From positions 160,001-224,000 of the forward strand of contig JAEOUA010000012.1 of assembly GCA_016839555.1 (NCBI GenBank): DNA of 64,000 nt, in the 5' to 3' direction. Position numbers and translations under genes: made by a program. Numbering within the stretch: the stretch's first letter is position 1; each line of letters begins with the position of its first letter. The notes below the pieces were generated by a model, which saw only the letters and a program-made list of their open reading frames with translations, had not been told where the DNA came from and did no database searches. The stretch comes from Promethearchaeota archaeon. GTDB taxonomy: Archaea; Asgardarchaeota; Lokiarchaeia; Sigyniarchaeales; SOKP01. Below, piece by piece: positions 1 through 10,489 of the stretch.

Positions 1-59
1 TTCTTTTATTTATAATTGATTTCCTATATTATAAAATTATAAAATATATAAAAGCACTA

Positions 60-1358
60 TTATTTATTTAGAATTTTAAGTAAATTTTCAATACCTTGAT
101 GGAATCTTCTAAGTATATCTTCTATATCTTCTTTCTTAGTGATTAATGGAGGCATTATAATAAGGGTATTTTTCTTATTCCCGCAATAATTCTGTAATAC
201 TCCTTCATTAATAATGCTAACCATAGCTAATTGAGTATGCATCTCATTATAAAATTCTACTCCCCACATTAACCCCCTGCCTCGTGCTTCTTTAATGAGA
301 TTTGGAAATTGGTTTGCTATTTTCTTGAGACCATTACCAAATATCTCTCCCATCTCTTTTACATGATTTAGGAATTTTGGATCAGATTGAATTTCTAGCA
401 TTTTATAAGCAACTGCGCATCCTAGATCAGAGCCTCCAGTAGTGGAGATGTGAATAAATGGATCTTCTCTAAAAACAGCACTTTCTATAAAAGGTTTATA
501 GCTTGTAGTAGATAAAGGGTAAATCCCTGAGCTCATTCCTTTCCCTAAAACCATAAAATCGGGCACAACTTTTTCATCTGGATATAAACCTCCATAAATG
601 GCCCAAAATTCACCAGTCCTTCCCAGTCCTGCTTGTACCTCATCAATAATCATTAAGGCTCCATTATCATCACAAATTTTCCGAACTGCAGGGAAATAGC
701 CTTTTGGTGCAATTAATACTCCTCCAGTGGCAGGAATTGTTTCCAAAATCACACATGCCGTCTTTTTATCAACAGCATTTTCCATAGCTTCTATATCACC
801 AAAAGGAACTTGTTTAAAACCCGGAGGATTCCATTGAAAAGGCTCTTTAAATTCAGGATCCCCAGTTGCTAAAGCAAGTCCAGTATGACCATGATATCCT
901 CCAATAGCAGAAACACAGCCGCTTCTTTTTGTATATGCAAATGAAAATTTAATCGCTACATCTATAGCTTCACCTCCACTCACTCCGAATGTAGTTTTGG
1001 TAATTCCTGGGGGCATTAGTTCAGCCAATTTTTCTCCCAATAAGGCCCGCCATTCCGACAATAACATATGATCCCCAAGATCTAACCCACCATCTAAAGC
1101 ATCCTTTAACCTCTGTACAATTTCTGGATTATGATGCCCTAAGTTGAACACTCCGCCCGAAGAACGGCAGTTTATAACCTCTAATGGTGGTTCCCCCGCT
1201 TTTGAACCCTCTAACGTTTTAAAACGTATTCCTTCCCTCTCTCCGGGGATCACTCCAAACCCGAACCCTTTAAATGTTCGGACTTTCGGAGCATTCACAT
1301 ATTTGCTATATAATTTTAAAATCTTTTTCTGAGAATATATTCCAATATAATCATTCAT
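60..1358 (-). CDS. Class III PLP-dependent aminotransferase (putrescine/ornithine aminotransferase-like)
   Basis: NLGH, SGGEA, GYHG, IIDEVQAGLGRTG, PDFMVLGKG and HISTTGG motifs. Confidence 0.9.
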   Translation of the reverse strand: MNDYIGIYSQKKILKLYSKYVNAPKVRTFKGFGFGVIPGEREGIRFKTLEGSKAGEPPLEVINCRSSGGVFNLGHHNPEIVQRLKDALDGGLDLGDHMLLSEWRALLGEKLAELMPPGITKTTFGVSGGEAIDVAIKFSFAYTKRSGCVSAIGGYHGHTGLALATGDPEFKEPFQWNPPGFKQVPFGDIEAMENAVDKKTACVILETIPATGGVLIAPKGYFPAVRKICDDNGALMIIDEVQAGLGRTGEFWAIYGGLYPDEKVVPDFMVLGKGMSSGIYPLSTTSYKPFIESAVFREDPFIHISTTGGSDLGCAVAYKMLEIQSDPKFLNHVKEMGEIFGNGLKKIANQFPNLIKEARGRGLMWGVEFYNEMHTQLAMVSIINEGVLQNYCGNKKNTLIIMPPLITKKEDIEDILRRFHQGIENLLKILNK

Positions 1359-1482
1359 ATATTGAATTATACATTAGAAATATAAAAAGATTTAATTTTT
1401 GATAATGGTTAATATAGATTAGTAATCAAAAAACTATTAGAATAATAAAATACTCAAATAAACCTAATAATATAATTACATA

Positions 1483-2436
1483 ATGGTCTTCAATCCATCA
1501 AAAATTTTTCAAGATATTAAAAATAATAAGTTGGATATAGATTTTGGAATTCAATTACTCATATCTATAATTGAAAACAGCTATAAGAAAGAATTAAGAT
1601 TTAAAAGCCTTAAATATCTTAAATTATTAAAAAAGAATTCTCACCGAGTATTTAAACTTCTGGAAAATTTATTAATCTCTGATTGTGATGCCCAGATAAG
1701 ATCATATTGCGCGCGCTATTTGAGGGAACAATTTCTCAAAAAAGCTTTTTCTCCAATGAAATGGGCGATTCATTATGAAAGAGATTACTATTCTCAAATT
1801 GAAATTATTAGAACATTAGCTGAAATAGGTACAAAAGAAAGTAAACAACTTTTATTGAATGAATTAAAAAATTTATTAGCTCAAAAATATGTTGATGACC
1901 AAAATAGATACACTAATCAAAAATTTATTGCTGGAGTGAAAAAATTATTAAATCAAAGGGAATTACGTGAATTATCTACTAATAAAATAACAGAAATTCT
2001 TATTAATCATAAAACAATTTCTCATTTTATAAAAAAATATTACTTTGTTTATTTTAAGTGGGAGAATGGACTAGTCAGTGAATTAGATTTATCAGACTTG
2101 GGATGGAATATCTCTAAATCATGGGATTTTATTTATAGCAAAAGATTAACTGAATTATCAGAGATACCAGAACTAATGAATTTAAAATATTTAAAAAAAT
2201 TAGACCTTTCTAATAATAACATTGAAAATATAAAAGAATTGTGTAATTTTAAAAGTCTTACTAGCTTAATTTTAAAGAATAACCAATTAAAAAATCCCAA
2301 AAATATTACATATCTAAAAAAAATGAAAAATCTAACGCATATAAATTTAAAAGGAAATCCTTTGGCCAAGAAGATACGAAAAGATGATTTCTTAAATGTA
2401 AATTTAATTTTAAAAGATTATCTTATGATACCCTAA
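1483..2436 (+). CDS. HEAT-repeat N-terminus plus leucine-rich repeat protein
   Basis: N-terminal LLENLLISD helical repeat shared with 46958 and 48479; C-terminal LxxLxLxxN repeats (LKKLDLSNN, LTSLILKNN, LTHINLKGN). Confidence 0.85.
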   Translation: MVFNPSKIFQDIKNNKLDIDFGIQLLISIIENSYKKELRFKSLKYLKLLKKNSHRVFKLLENLLISDCDAQIRSYCARYLREQFLKKAFSPMKWAIHYERDYYSQIEIIRTLAEIGTKESKQLLLNELKNLLAQKYVDDQNRYTNQKFIAGVKKLLNQRELRELSTNKITEILINHKTISHFIKKYYFVYFKWENGLVSELDLSDLGWNISKSWDFIYSKRLTELSEIPELMNLKYLKKLDLSNNNIENIKELCNFKSLTSLILKNNQLKNPKNITYLKKMKNLTHINLKGNPLAKKIRKDDFLNVNLILKDYLMIP

Positions 2437-2706
2437 TTTATATGATTATCTTTTTCAAAAGTGTATTTTTTAAGATGTTTTTATATACAAAAAATATAAT
2501 ATGTAAAATCTCTAATAAATTGTCTTAGGGATTGTTGAATATTCAACACCTCCAAGCGTTCTTTATAAATTTCTATGATACATAGTAAATAAATATAAAG
2601 CACCTTTTAACATTTGAACTGGATAATTTATAAATATCTTAAGATATACTATTTTATAACGAAAAATTAAATTTTCGATATAAAAGTTAAAACCTATGAA
2701 AATATA

Positions 2707-4221
2707 ATGTCGGATTTATATCAAAAATTAGAGGATATTGTGTCAGAAAAATTCATTTCAAATAGTGAATATGTTCGACATGCCTATTCAAGAAATGTTG
2801 ATCCTGTCTTACAAGGTATTCCCAGTATAGTCATTCGACCACGAGATGCAAAGGAGATTTCGGAAATCTTAAAAATCGCGAATGAAGATAATATTCCTGT
2901 TTATCCAAGAGGTGGTGGCGATTGTGAATTTGGAGGAAGCAAACCTATCGGAGATGGTGGTATTCTCCTCGACATGAAAAGGATGAATAATATTATAAAT
3001 CTTGATCAAGAAAATCTTATAATCACCGCTGAAGCTGGTATATCGTGGGGGAAATTGAATGAATATTTATCTGATTATGGATTGTATACGGGATGTATGG
3101 GTCCTGGCTCGGGGATGACTGCTTCTATTGGAGGTGGGATTTCTCATCATTCTGTGGGAGGAGGGGGATGTGCGAAATATGGCGCTTGTACTAATCAATT
3201 GGTTTCTTTAGAAGTTGTTTTACCTACCGGGGAAATAATAGAAACAGGTTCACAAGCAAATAAATTTTCTAAAATACCCTTTAATCGTTTCGGGAATGGT
3301 CCGGATTTAGCAGGCTTATTTTGTGGAGATAATGGCATATTAGGAGTAAAAACTAAGGTATCATTACAAATTTTTCCAAAACCACCTTATGCAAATTACA
3401 AAACTTTTGCTCTAAATAGGAAATCCGCTCCAATAAGCTCTGAAATACTTTCGGATATTAGACATAAAGGAATTGACGTGTATGATGCGATGTATATCAT
3501 GGATTTAGTAGTAGGTCTTGGCCTTAAAGAAGGACTTTTTCCTATGTGGGAAAAAAATCTGAAGCGAAAATGTGGAATATTTTTTTATACTATAGAAGCT
3601 AATTCGGAAGCAGAACTTGAGGAAAAAACTAAACAATTAGATAACATTATTTTGGGTAAGAATAAAACACAAGAACTTGGTTCTGAGATTTCTGATGGGA
3701 ATATTGCAAGGTGGCACTATGAAGAACAAGGCCACTGGCAAATGTATCATAATTTATGGGGCTTATATCCTGCATTAGAACCATTAACGGCAGAATGTTT
3801 TACTCCAATTAATACATATCCGGATATTCTATTAGATCTTGATCAATGGGATATGGAACACAATGACGATATTCAAAAAGTTACTAATATTACTGGTCAG
3901 AGACCAATTACAGGAAGTGGACCAGTATTATTAGTCGATGGATGCAATGTAGAGCTTACCTGTGGATTTACCAGTAACCCACCATATTTTGATGGAAAAT
4001 ATTATGATATAATTGATGAAATTAATTTAAAATTATGGAAATCAATATTAGAACGAGTCACTAAGCATGGAGTCCAATGGTATATGATGGGAGACATTCT
4101 AAGTCGACTTTTCGTTGAAATTGGGGCAATCAGACCCGAATATCACTATTTAATGAAGCTAATAAAAGATTCGGTTGATCCAAAACATATATTAAGCAGA
4201 GGCAAATTCAACTTTTGGTAA
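2707..4221 (+). CDS. FAD-linked oxidoreductase, GlcD/D-lactate dehydrogenase family
   Basis: PRGGG FAD loop, LDMKRMN, ASIGG, LEVVLPTGEI, GPDLAGLFCG, C-terminal DPKHIL. Confidence 0.85.
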   Translation: MSDLYQKLEDIVSEKFISNSEYVRHAYSRNVDPVLQGIPSIVIRPRDAKEISEILKIANEDNIPVYPRGGGDCEFGGSKPIGDGGILLDMKRMNNIINLDQENLIITAEAGISWGKLNEYLSDYGLYTGCMGPGSGMTASIGGGISHHSVGGGGCAKYGACTNQLVSLEVVLPTGEIIETGSQANKFSKIPFNRFGNGPDLAGLFCGDNGILGVKTKVSLQIFPKPPYANYKTFALNRKSAPISSEILSDIRHKGIDVYDAMYIMDLVVGLGLKEGLFPMWEKNLKRKCGIFFYTIEANSEAELEEKTKQLDNIILGKNKTQELGSEISDGNIARWHYEEQGHWQMYHNLWGLYPALEPLTAECFTPINTYPDILLDLDQWDMEHNDDIQKVTNITGQRPITGSGPVLLVDGCNVELTCGFTSNPPYFDGKYYDIIDEINLKLWKSILERVTKHGVQWYMMGDILSRLFVEIGAIRPEYHYLMKLIKDSVDPKHILSRGKFNFW

Positions 4222-4484
4222 AGGAAGATTTTTATCTTGGAGATAATGAATAATTAGAAAAAACATTTTAGATATATAAGGATCTTGATTAGTCCGAGAA
4301 GAGAAATTTTTAAGAGAATCTCCTATCCATTCTGGAACAGCCGAGCGATGTGAGGTATTATTTATTGATTTAGGATTCAAAGAATAAAAAAATATTTTTA
4401 AAGAAACAAGAATCTTTAGCATCTCTACCATAACTTATATATGATATAAATGCTTGCAATTCTCACAATTACCAGATAATTATC

Positions 4485-5150
4485 TTAGGGAGAATCATAA
4501 ACTTTGGTGAAAACTCTAACTCCTCGAGCTTTTAAAAATTCAAGGGGCTCTAAATAATCTATAATTTTATTGCCTGCTAAATTCAATTGTTCAAGTGATA
4601 TCAGTTTTGTAATTGAGTAGGGAACGGTCTTAATTTGATTTTCTGTTAAACGCAGATATTTAAGCGATTCCAGATTAGAAATTTCCTCTGGAATAGTCAG
4701 AATTTTGTTATAACTTAAATCTAAAACTTCAAGGGAAGTTAGCTCAGTTATAACATTAGGAAACTCCTTATAATCATTAATTATTAAACTCAATTTTTTA
4801 ATGGATTTCAATTTTCGAATTGAGTCTGGCAAAAAAATAGAAGTATTGACACTTAAGTCTAATTCTATGATAGAAGTAAGGTTTCCTATCCATTCTGGAA
4901 CAATCGAAATCCTTTGGTGACGCATATATAGCTTCTTAAGTGATACGAGGCTTCTTATAGGCTCTGGAATTTCATTTAATTGGAAATGAGAAATGGCAAG
5001 TGCAGTAACCCTCCCCTTTTCCGTAGTGAACCCCATTTTTGTTTTCCATGAAATATCTTCAACCCTTAAAAATCTTTGGCCCACTATAGATTCCAATTCT
5101 TTCAAAACCTCTAAATCTTGCTGCTCAAGTTCGACCCCACGAAATAGCAA
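4485..5150 (-). CDS. Leucine-rich repeat protein (copy A)
   Basis: 23-residue LRRs (IPEPIRSLVSLKKLYM, IPEEISNLESLKYLRLTEN); TTG start after AAGGTGA SD. Confidence 0.9.
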   Translation of the reverse strand: MLFRGVELEQQDLEVLKELESIVGQRFLRVEDISWKTKMGFTTEKGRVTALAISHFQLNEIPEPIRSLVSLKKLYMRHQRISIVPEWIGNLTSIIELDLSVNTSIFLPDSIRKLKSIKKLSLIINDYKEFPNVITELTSLEVLDLSYNKILTIPEEISNLESLKYLRLTENQIKTVPYSITKLISLEQLNLAGNKIIDYLEPLEFLKARGVRVFTKVYDSP

Positions 5151-5390
5151 TACATTTCACCTTGTTATAAATAATACCTTTATTTTTCTTATCTATATAA
5201 CTTTTTAAATATATTAAATTATTCATTCTACTAAATTAAGGTTTTTTAATGATTTTTGTTGAATTATTTATTGGTTTAGGATTTAAAGAATAAAAAAATA
5301 TATTTAAAGAAACAAGAATCTTTAGCATCTCTATCATAACTTATATATGATATAAATGCTTGTAATTCTTACAATTCCCACATAATTATC

Positions 5391-6056
5391 TTAGGGAGAG
5401 TCATAAACTTTAGTGAAAACTCTAACTCCTCGAGCTTTTAAAATTTCAAGGGGCTCTAAATAATCTATAATTTTATTGCCTGCTAAATCCAATTCTTCAA
5501 GGGATATTAACTTAGTAATTGAGTAAGGAACTGTCTTAATTTGATTTTCTGTTAAACGCAGATATTTAAGTGATTCCAGATTAGAAATTTCTTCTGGAAT
5601 GGTCTGAATTTCGTTAAGACCAAGATTTAAATAAATAAGCGATGGTAATTTAGTTATTACTTTTGGAAACTCTTTATAACCGTTAAGTATTAAATTTAAT
5701 TTTTTAAGGTCTTTTAACTTTTGGAGAGATTCTGGTAGCTTTATAGAGTCATTCGTACTTAAATCCAATTCTGCTAGAGAAGTGAGGTCCCCTATCCATT
5801 CTGGAAGGATCGAAAATTTATTATGGGACAAATATAACTTCTTAAGCGAGGTAAGATCTCTTATAGAGTGTGGAATCTCTTTTAATTGGAATTGAGAGAG
5901 CGCAAGCCCAGTAACTCTTCCCTTTTCCGCAATAAATCCCATTTTCGTATCCCATCTAAGATCTATAACCCTTGAAAATTTTTGATAAACCAAAGGTTCC
6001 AACTCTTTCAAAACATTTAAATCTTGCTGAACAAGCTCAGTATCACGAAAGAACAA
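5391..6056 (-). CDS. Leucine-rich repeat protein (copy B)
   Basis: Paralog of 4485-5150, same length (221 aa), TTG start after AAGGTGA SD. Confidence 0.9.
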   Translation of the reverse strand: MFFRDTELVQQDLNVLKELEPLVYQKFSRVIDLRWDTKMGFIAEKGRVTGLALSQFQLKEIPHSIRDLTSLKKLYLSHNKFSILPEWIGDLTSLAELDLSTNDSIKLPESLQKLKDLKKLNLILNGYKEFPKVITKLPSLIYLNLGLNEIQTIPEEISNLESLKYLRLTENQIKTVPYSITKLISLEELDLAGNKIIDYLEPLEILKARGVRVFTKVYDSP

Positions 6057-6406
6057 TACATTTCACCTTATTAAATATAAAATTTTTATTTCTATTATGG
6101 ATATAACTTTATTTTTTTATTTTATGTTTTTATAGCATTTCTTAAAGATTAAAAAAGTATTAATACTTCATTTTTTATAAGTTAATAACTATATTAACAA
6201 ATTTTTTTAAATATTTTTATTATTTAAAATCACATAAGAATATATCTTAATTTTATTTAATTTAATCAGTTTTAATTATTTATAATTATTTTACTAAATA
6301 TCGTTGAAAAATTATGATTTTATATTTCGGATCTGATATAATTTTAAAGATTGATCCCAAATTTATCTTAAGTAGGGGTAAATTTCATTTTGGAGGTGAA
6401 AAATAA

Positions 6407-7642
6407 ATGGCGGAATTAAAAAATTTAAAGAAGCAATGGGAAGCTATAATGTCCTGTATGCTTTGTGGTGATTGTGGCTACGCCATCCGTCCAGCGGTTG
6501 GGAGATATCTTACTTGTCCCGTAAAAGAGGCTTTGGGCGAAGATGCATTTGAAATTTATTTTGCTCGTGGACGTATGAATGTACTTAAAAGTATTTTAGA
6601 AGGAAAACTTCCCTTAAGTAGAGAATTGGCTGAATATGTTTACCAATGTTCAGAATGCGGCAATTGCACGGAGGTATGCCATATGACGCAAAATGAAAAT
6701 ATCGTATTAAACACTTCTAAATGGATCGATCATGTAGAAGTATGGGATGCCTTAAGGAGAGATTTAGTGGAAGCGGGTTATGCACCGTTAGATAAACATG
6801 CACGATTAATCGAATTTATGAACAAGGAAGATATGAGGAACCCCTATGGCGAACCAAAATCTGAAAAATATGCATGGGCAGAAGGTTTTTCGAATATAAA
6901 GGAAAAAGGAGAATTAGCTATCTTTGCAGGATGCACGATGCCTTTAAGAGAATCTGATACATTGAGAAATATGATGAAAATATTCCAAGCAGCGGGAATG
7001 GAAATCGCTTATTCTAAAGATGAATGGTGTTGCGGTTCGATTGCCATGAGAATTGGCGATTATGATTCCGTACAAGAAGAAATGAAACATAATATAGAAA
7101 TGTTTAAAAATATGGGGGCTAAAGTAGTGTTTTCTCCCTGCGCGGGATGTTTTCGAACGTTAAAAAAAGATTATCCCGAGCAAATCGGTGAAGAGCTGCC
7201 ATTTGAAGTAAAGCATATTACCGAATTACTAATTGATATGATTAATAAGGGTCAGATTCCATTTAAAGAGACCGATGCTGAACCTATTAAGGTGACTTAT
7301 CATGATCCTTGCCATTTAGGACGACATATGGACTTATATGAGATACCTCGTGAGGTTATAAAAAAGATTCCCGGAATAGAATTGATTGAGATGAAGAGAA
7401 ATCGAAAAAATGCTTGGTGCTGTGGAGCTGGAGGAGGCGTGAAAAGCCAATTTCCAGATTTAGCGGTAGAAATCTCAAAAGAACGCATTTTAGAAGCTAT
7501 TGAAAGCGGAGCAGAAATCTTATTAACAAGCTGTCCCTTTTGCGTTGGTAATTTGCAAGATGCATATGAGTCAATGGGTTCAGAAGTTCAAGAAAAAATT
7601 AAAGTAGTAGATATCATTGACTTCATTGCCTCTAAAATCTAA
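6407..7642 (+). CDS. Fe-S oxidoreductase, HdrD/GlcF-like (two 4Fe-4S motifs plus two CCG domains)
   Basis: CMLCGDC, CSECGNC, WCCG, PCAGC, YHDPCHLGR, WCCGAGGG, TSCPFC; GGAGGTGA SD upstream. Confidence 0.9.
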   Translation: MAELKNLKKQWEAIMSCMLCGDCGYAIRPAVGRYLTCPVKEALGEDAFEIYFARGRMNVLKSILEGKLPLSRELAEYVYQCSECGNCTEVCHMTQNENIVLNTSKWIDHVEVWDALRRDLVEAGYAPLDKHARLIEFMNKEDMRNPYGEPKSEKYAWAEGFSNIKEKGELAIFAGCTMPLRESDTLRNMMKIFQAAGMEIAYSKDEWCCGSIAMRIGDYDSVQEEMKHNIEMFKNMGAKVVFSPCAGCFRTLKKDYPEQIGEELPFEVKHITELLIDMINKGQIPFKETDAEPIKVTYHDPCHLGRHMDLYEIPREVIKKIPGIELIEMKRNRKNAWCCGAGGGVKSQFPDLAVEISKERILEAIESGAEILLTSCPFCVGNLQDAYESMGSEVQEKIKVVDIIDFIASKI

Positions 7643-7768
7643 TTATTTTATTTTTTTTACATTTTATTTTTTTAAATTTCTATAAAATAGATCTCAAAAA
7701 AAACCATAAACATAATATTTTTACAATAATTTACCTAAATAACATAAAAGTATGATTAATTTAGGTAT

Positions 7769-8422
7769 ATGAATGATTTTCAAGCTTATTTAAAGCCTAC
7801 TGAATTTCTTGATTTTGATAAGAAACGAGTGAAGGAAAAAGCGTTAGATATTACAAAAAACAAACAGACTAACAAAGAAAAGGCAATAGCTCTCTTTTAT
7901 TGGGTGAGGGATCAAATAAAATATAATATGTATACGTATGTTCCCCAATATAGAAGTAATTTAAAAGCCTCTACCACCCTTCGTCGAGGATATGGATTTT
8001 GTATGTCCAAAGCTGTTTTATTATCTACTTTAGCGAGAGCTGTGGGAATTCCTGCCAAAATTCATATGGTTGATATAAAAAATCATAAAGCTCCAGATTG
8101 GGTGGAGGATTTTATGGGCTCCAAAAATTTTCATTGTCATGGATATAGTGAAATGTACTTAGATGGAAAATGGGTAAAAGCTACTCCAGTTTTTGATAAA
8201 CGGACCTGTCAAAAAGGAGGATATCCCTTAGTAGAATTTGATGGAGTTCATGATGCCATGCTGTCGAAATATGATAAGGATGGGAATTTATTTGTTGAAT
8301 ATATAGGAGATTGGGGTAGTTATCAAGATGTTCCGATTAAGAAAATTCAGGAAATATTTAAAGAAAAATATGGAACGATATTCACCGAATTAAAATTTCA
8401 AAGACCTCCGAAAAGATTCTAG
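7769..8422 (+). CDS. Transglutaminase-like superfamily protein
   Basis: FYWVRDQIKY, GFCMSKAVLL (catalytic Cys), RAVGIPA, HGYSEMYLDGKW. Confidence 0.85.
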   Translation: MNDFQAYLKPTEFLDFDKKRVKEKALDITKNKQTNKEKAIALFYWVRDQIKYNMYTYVPQYRSNLKASTTLRRGYGFCMSKAVLLSTLARAVGIPAKIHMVDIKNHKAPDWVEDFMGSKNFHCHGYSEMYLDGKWVKATPVFDKRTCQKGGYPLVEFDGVHDAMLSKYDKDGNLFVEYIGDWGSYQDVPIKKIQEIFKEKYGTIFTELKFQRPPKRF

Positions 8423-8821
8423 ATTAGAAGTATAAACATAAACTATTTTTAGGAGAGGAAAAAACCTAACTCTGAGATACTTTAATAATATATATAATTC
8501 TTTCTGAAATGAATCGAAATAAATCTTTAAAATTTCACTAAATATTTTTTAATTTATTTTGTAAAAAAAATATAGAGTTAGATTAATTCTTAAAAATACA
8601 ATTCTTTACTTGAAAAGGCTTATAATAAGATATGATTTTTTAGAAATTATTATTTTTATTTTGATATTCTTATATATTTTAGCATTAGTTATTCCTAATA
8701 AAAGGAAACCAAATTATTTAAAGATTAAACCTAATTTTATATTATTATGTGAATTCTTTAGTTTTTTAGAAATAATGAATACAGGATCAATTAAAAATTA
8801 AAAGCTGAAATATATTAAGAA

Positions 8822-10417
8822 ATGGAAAATGAGCAATTAGAACAAAAATCGAAAATAAACCTTGAAAAATTTAAAATAATTGCAGATCAAAGCAATAATG
8901 GAATAGCCATTGTCGATTTAAAGGGAGACATTCAATACATTAATTACTATTTTGCAGAAATTCATGGTTATTCACCTAATGAACTCGTAGGAAAAAATTT
9001 AAGTATATTTCATACAGAAGATCAAATGAAGGATGTCCGGGAAATTAACAAAAATTTGATACAAATAGGAAGTTATTCTGCGAAGGAAGTATGGCATAAG
9101 CATAAAGATGGAACACAATTCCTAATGCTTATGAACGCAATCGTAATAAAGGATGATCAAGGAAAACCAGAATATTTGGCAGCAACCGCTATTGATGTAA
9201 CGAAGCAAAAGAGAATACAAAAAAGATATAAATTTTTATTTGAATCCTCTAGAGATGCAATAATGATTTTAGAACCTCCAGAGTGGAAATTTACACGAGG
9301 TAATCCCGCAACCATAGAGATGTTTAAAGCCAAAAACGAAAAAGATTTTTGCTCACGGGCACCCTGGCAATACTCTCCTAAACTGCAACCTGATAATAAA
9401 CCCTCTAAGGAAAAAGCAATGGAAATTATTAACAAGGCTTTAAGAAAGGGTAGTCATTTTTTTGAATGGACTCATAAAAGACTTAATGGAGAGGTGTTTC
9501 CAGCAACAGTGCTCTTAAGCAAAATGGAGATAGGAGAGAGAAAATTTTTGTAAGCGACAGTTAGAGATATAACTAAACGAAAGAAAGCAGAACTGCAATT
9601 AAAACAATCCAGGGAAGAGTTAAGAGAATTAAATAATATTTTGGAACAGAAAGTAAAAGCGCGAACTAAAAAATTAGAAGAATCACAAGAAAAATTACGA
9701 CAACAAAATATTCAATTAAAAGAATTAGACAAAAAGAAAAACGATTTCATTACAATGGCGGCTCATGAATTAAAGACGCCTTTAGTTTCGATCTATGGCT
9801 ATGTGGATTATTTTCTGATGGCATACCAAGATGATTTGAATCCAGATATGAAACGAGATTTGAAAATTGTGCAAAGAAACATTGAGAGACTAAGAAATTA
9901 TATGAATCAACTTTTGGATGTGATGAAAATTGATGAGTCAAAAATGAGATTAAACAAAACTTATACGAATATAAATGAGTTAATTAAAAAATGTGTGAAA
10001 GAATTAGGATATCTTGTGAAAAAAAAGAATCATACGATCTATTTAAATTTGGAAGATAGTATCATATTAAATATTGATTCAGGACGTATATTTCAGGTTA
10101 TTTCAAATCTTTTATCGAATGCAATTAAGTTTACTGCTGAAGGCGGTCAAATTATTATCGAAATAGAAAAAAAGAATTCCCAAATAATTGTAAAAATTAA
10201 AGATAATGGAATAGGTATAAAGAAGGAAAATCTTGAAAATATTTTTGAAAAATTTGAATCATTTGATCCTAATATAGACAATTATCCAAGAGAAAGAGGT
10301 ACAGGACTTGGACTTTATATCTCTAAAGGAATTATAGAAGCACATGGTGGAGAAATAACAGCATTTTCTGAAGGTGAAGGAAAAGGCTCTACTTTTACTT
10401 TTTCTCTCCCTTTATAA
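8822..10417 (+). pseudogene. PAS-PAS sensor histidine kinase interrupted by one in-frame TAA (9551-9553)
   Basis: Both ORF pieces share a frame; reading through gives KFL*ATVRDITKRKKAE (typical PAC end), then AHELKTPL H-box, NLLSNAIKF, DNGIG and GTGLGL boxes. Confidence 0.8.
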
Positions 10418-10489
10418 ATCTATAATATTATTTATTATTAATTCCATTTAATTAAAAGACTTTAAAACAATAAAATTTAGATTTAATGC

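Larger units (their letters stand above)
4358..6110. repeat. Tandem duplication with 906-bp spacing carrying two LRR genes and their flanks
   Basis: About 4358-5205 aligns with about 5264-6110; ~125 nt of 3' flank is nearly identical and the ORF ends are offset by exactly 906 nt. Confidence 0.9.

Noticed and set aside
4192-4431. 79-aa ORF as a real gene
   Set aside because: It overlaps the end of the oxidoreductase and is made of duplicated 3' flank plus an LRR relic.
8610-8801. 63-aa ORF upstream of the kinase
   Set aside because: Low-complexity AT-rich translation with a TTG start and no motif; probably spurious.
9551-9553. Sec/Pyl recoding or an intron in the histidine kinase
   Set aside because: The codon is TAA, not TGA or TAG, it sits at a probable Gln position, and there is no inserted sequence or BHB structure.
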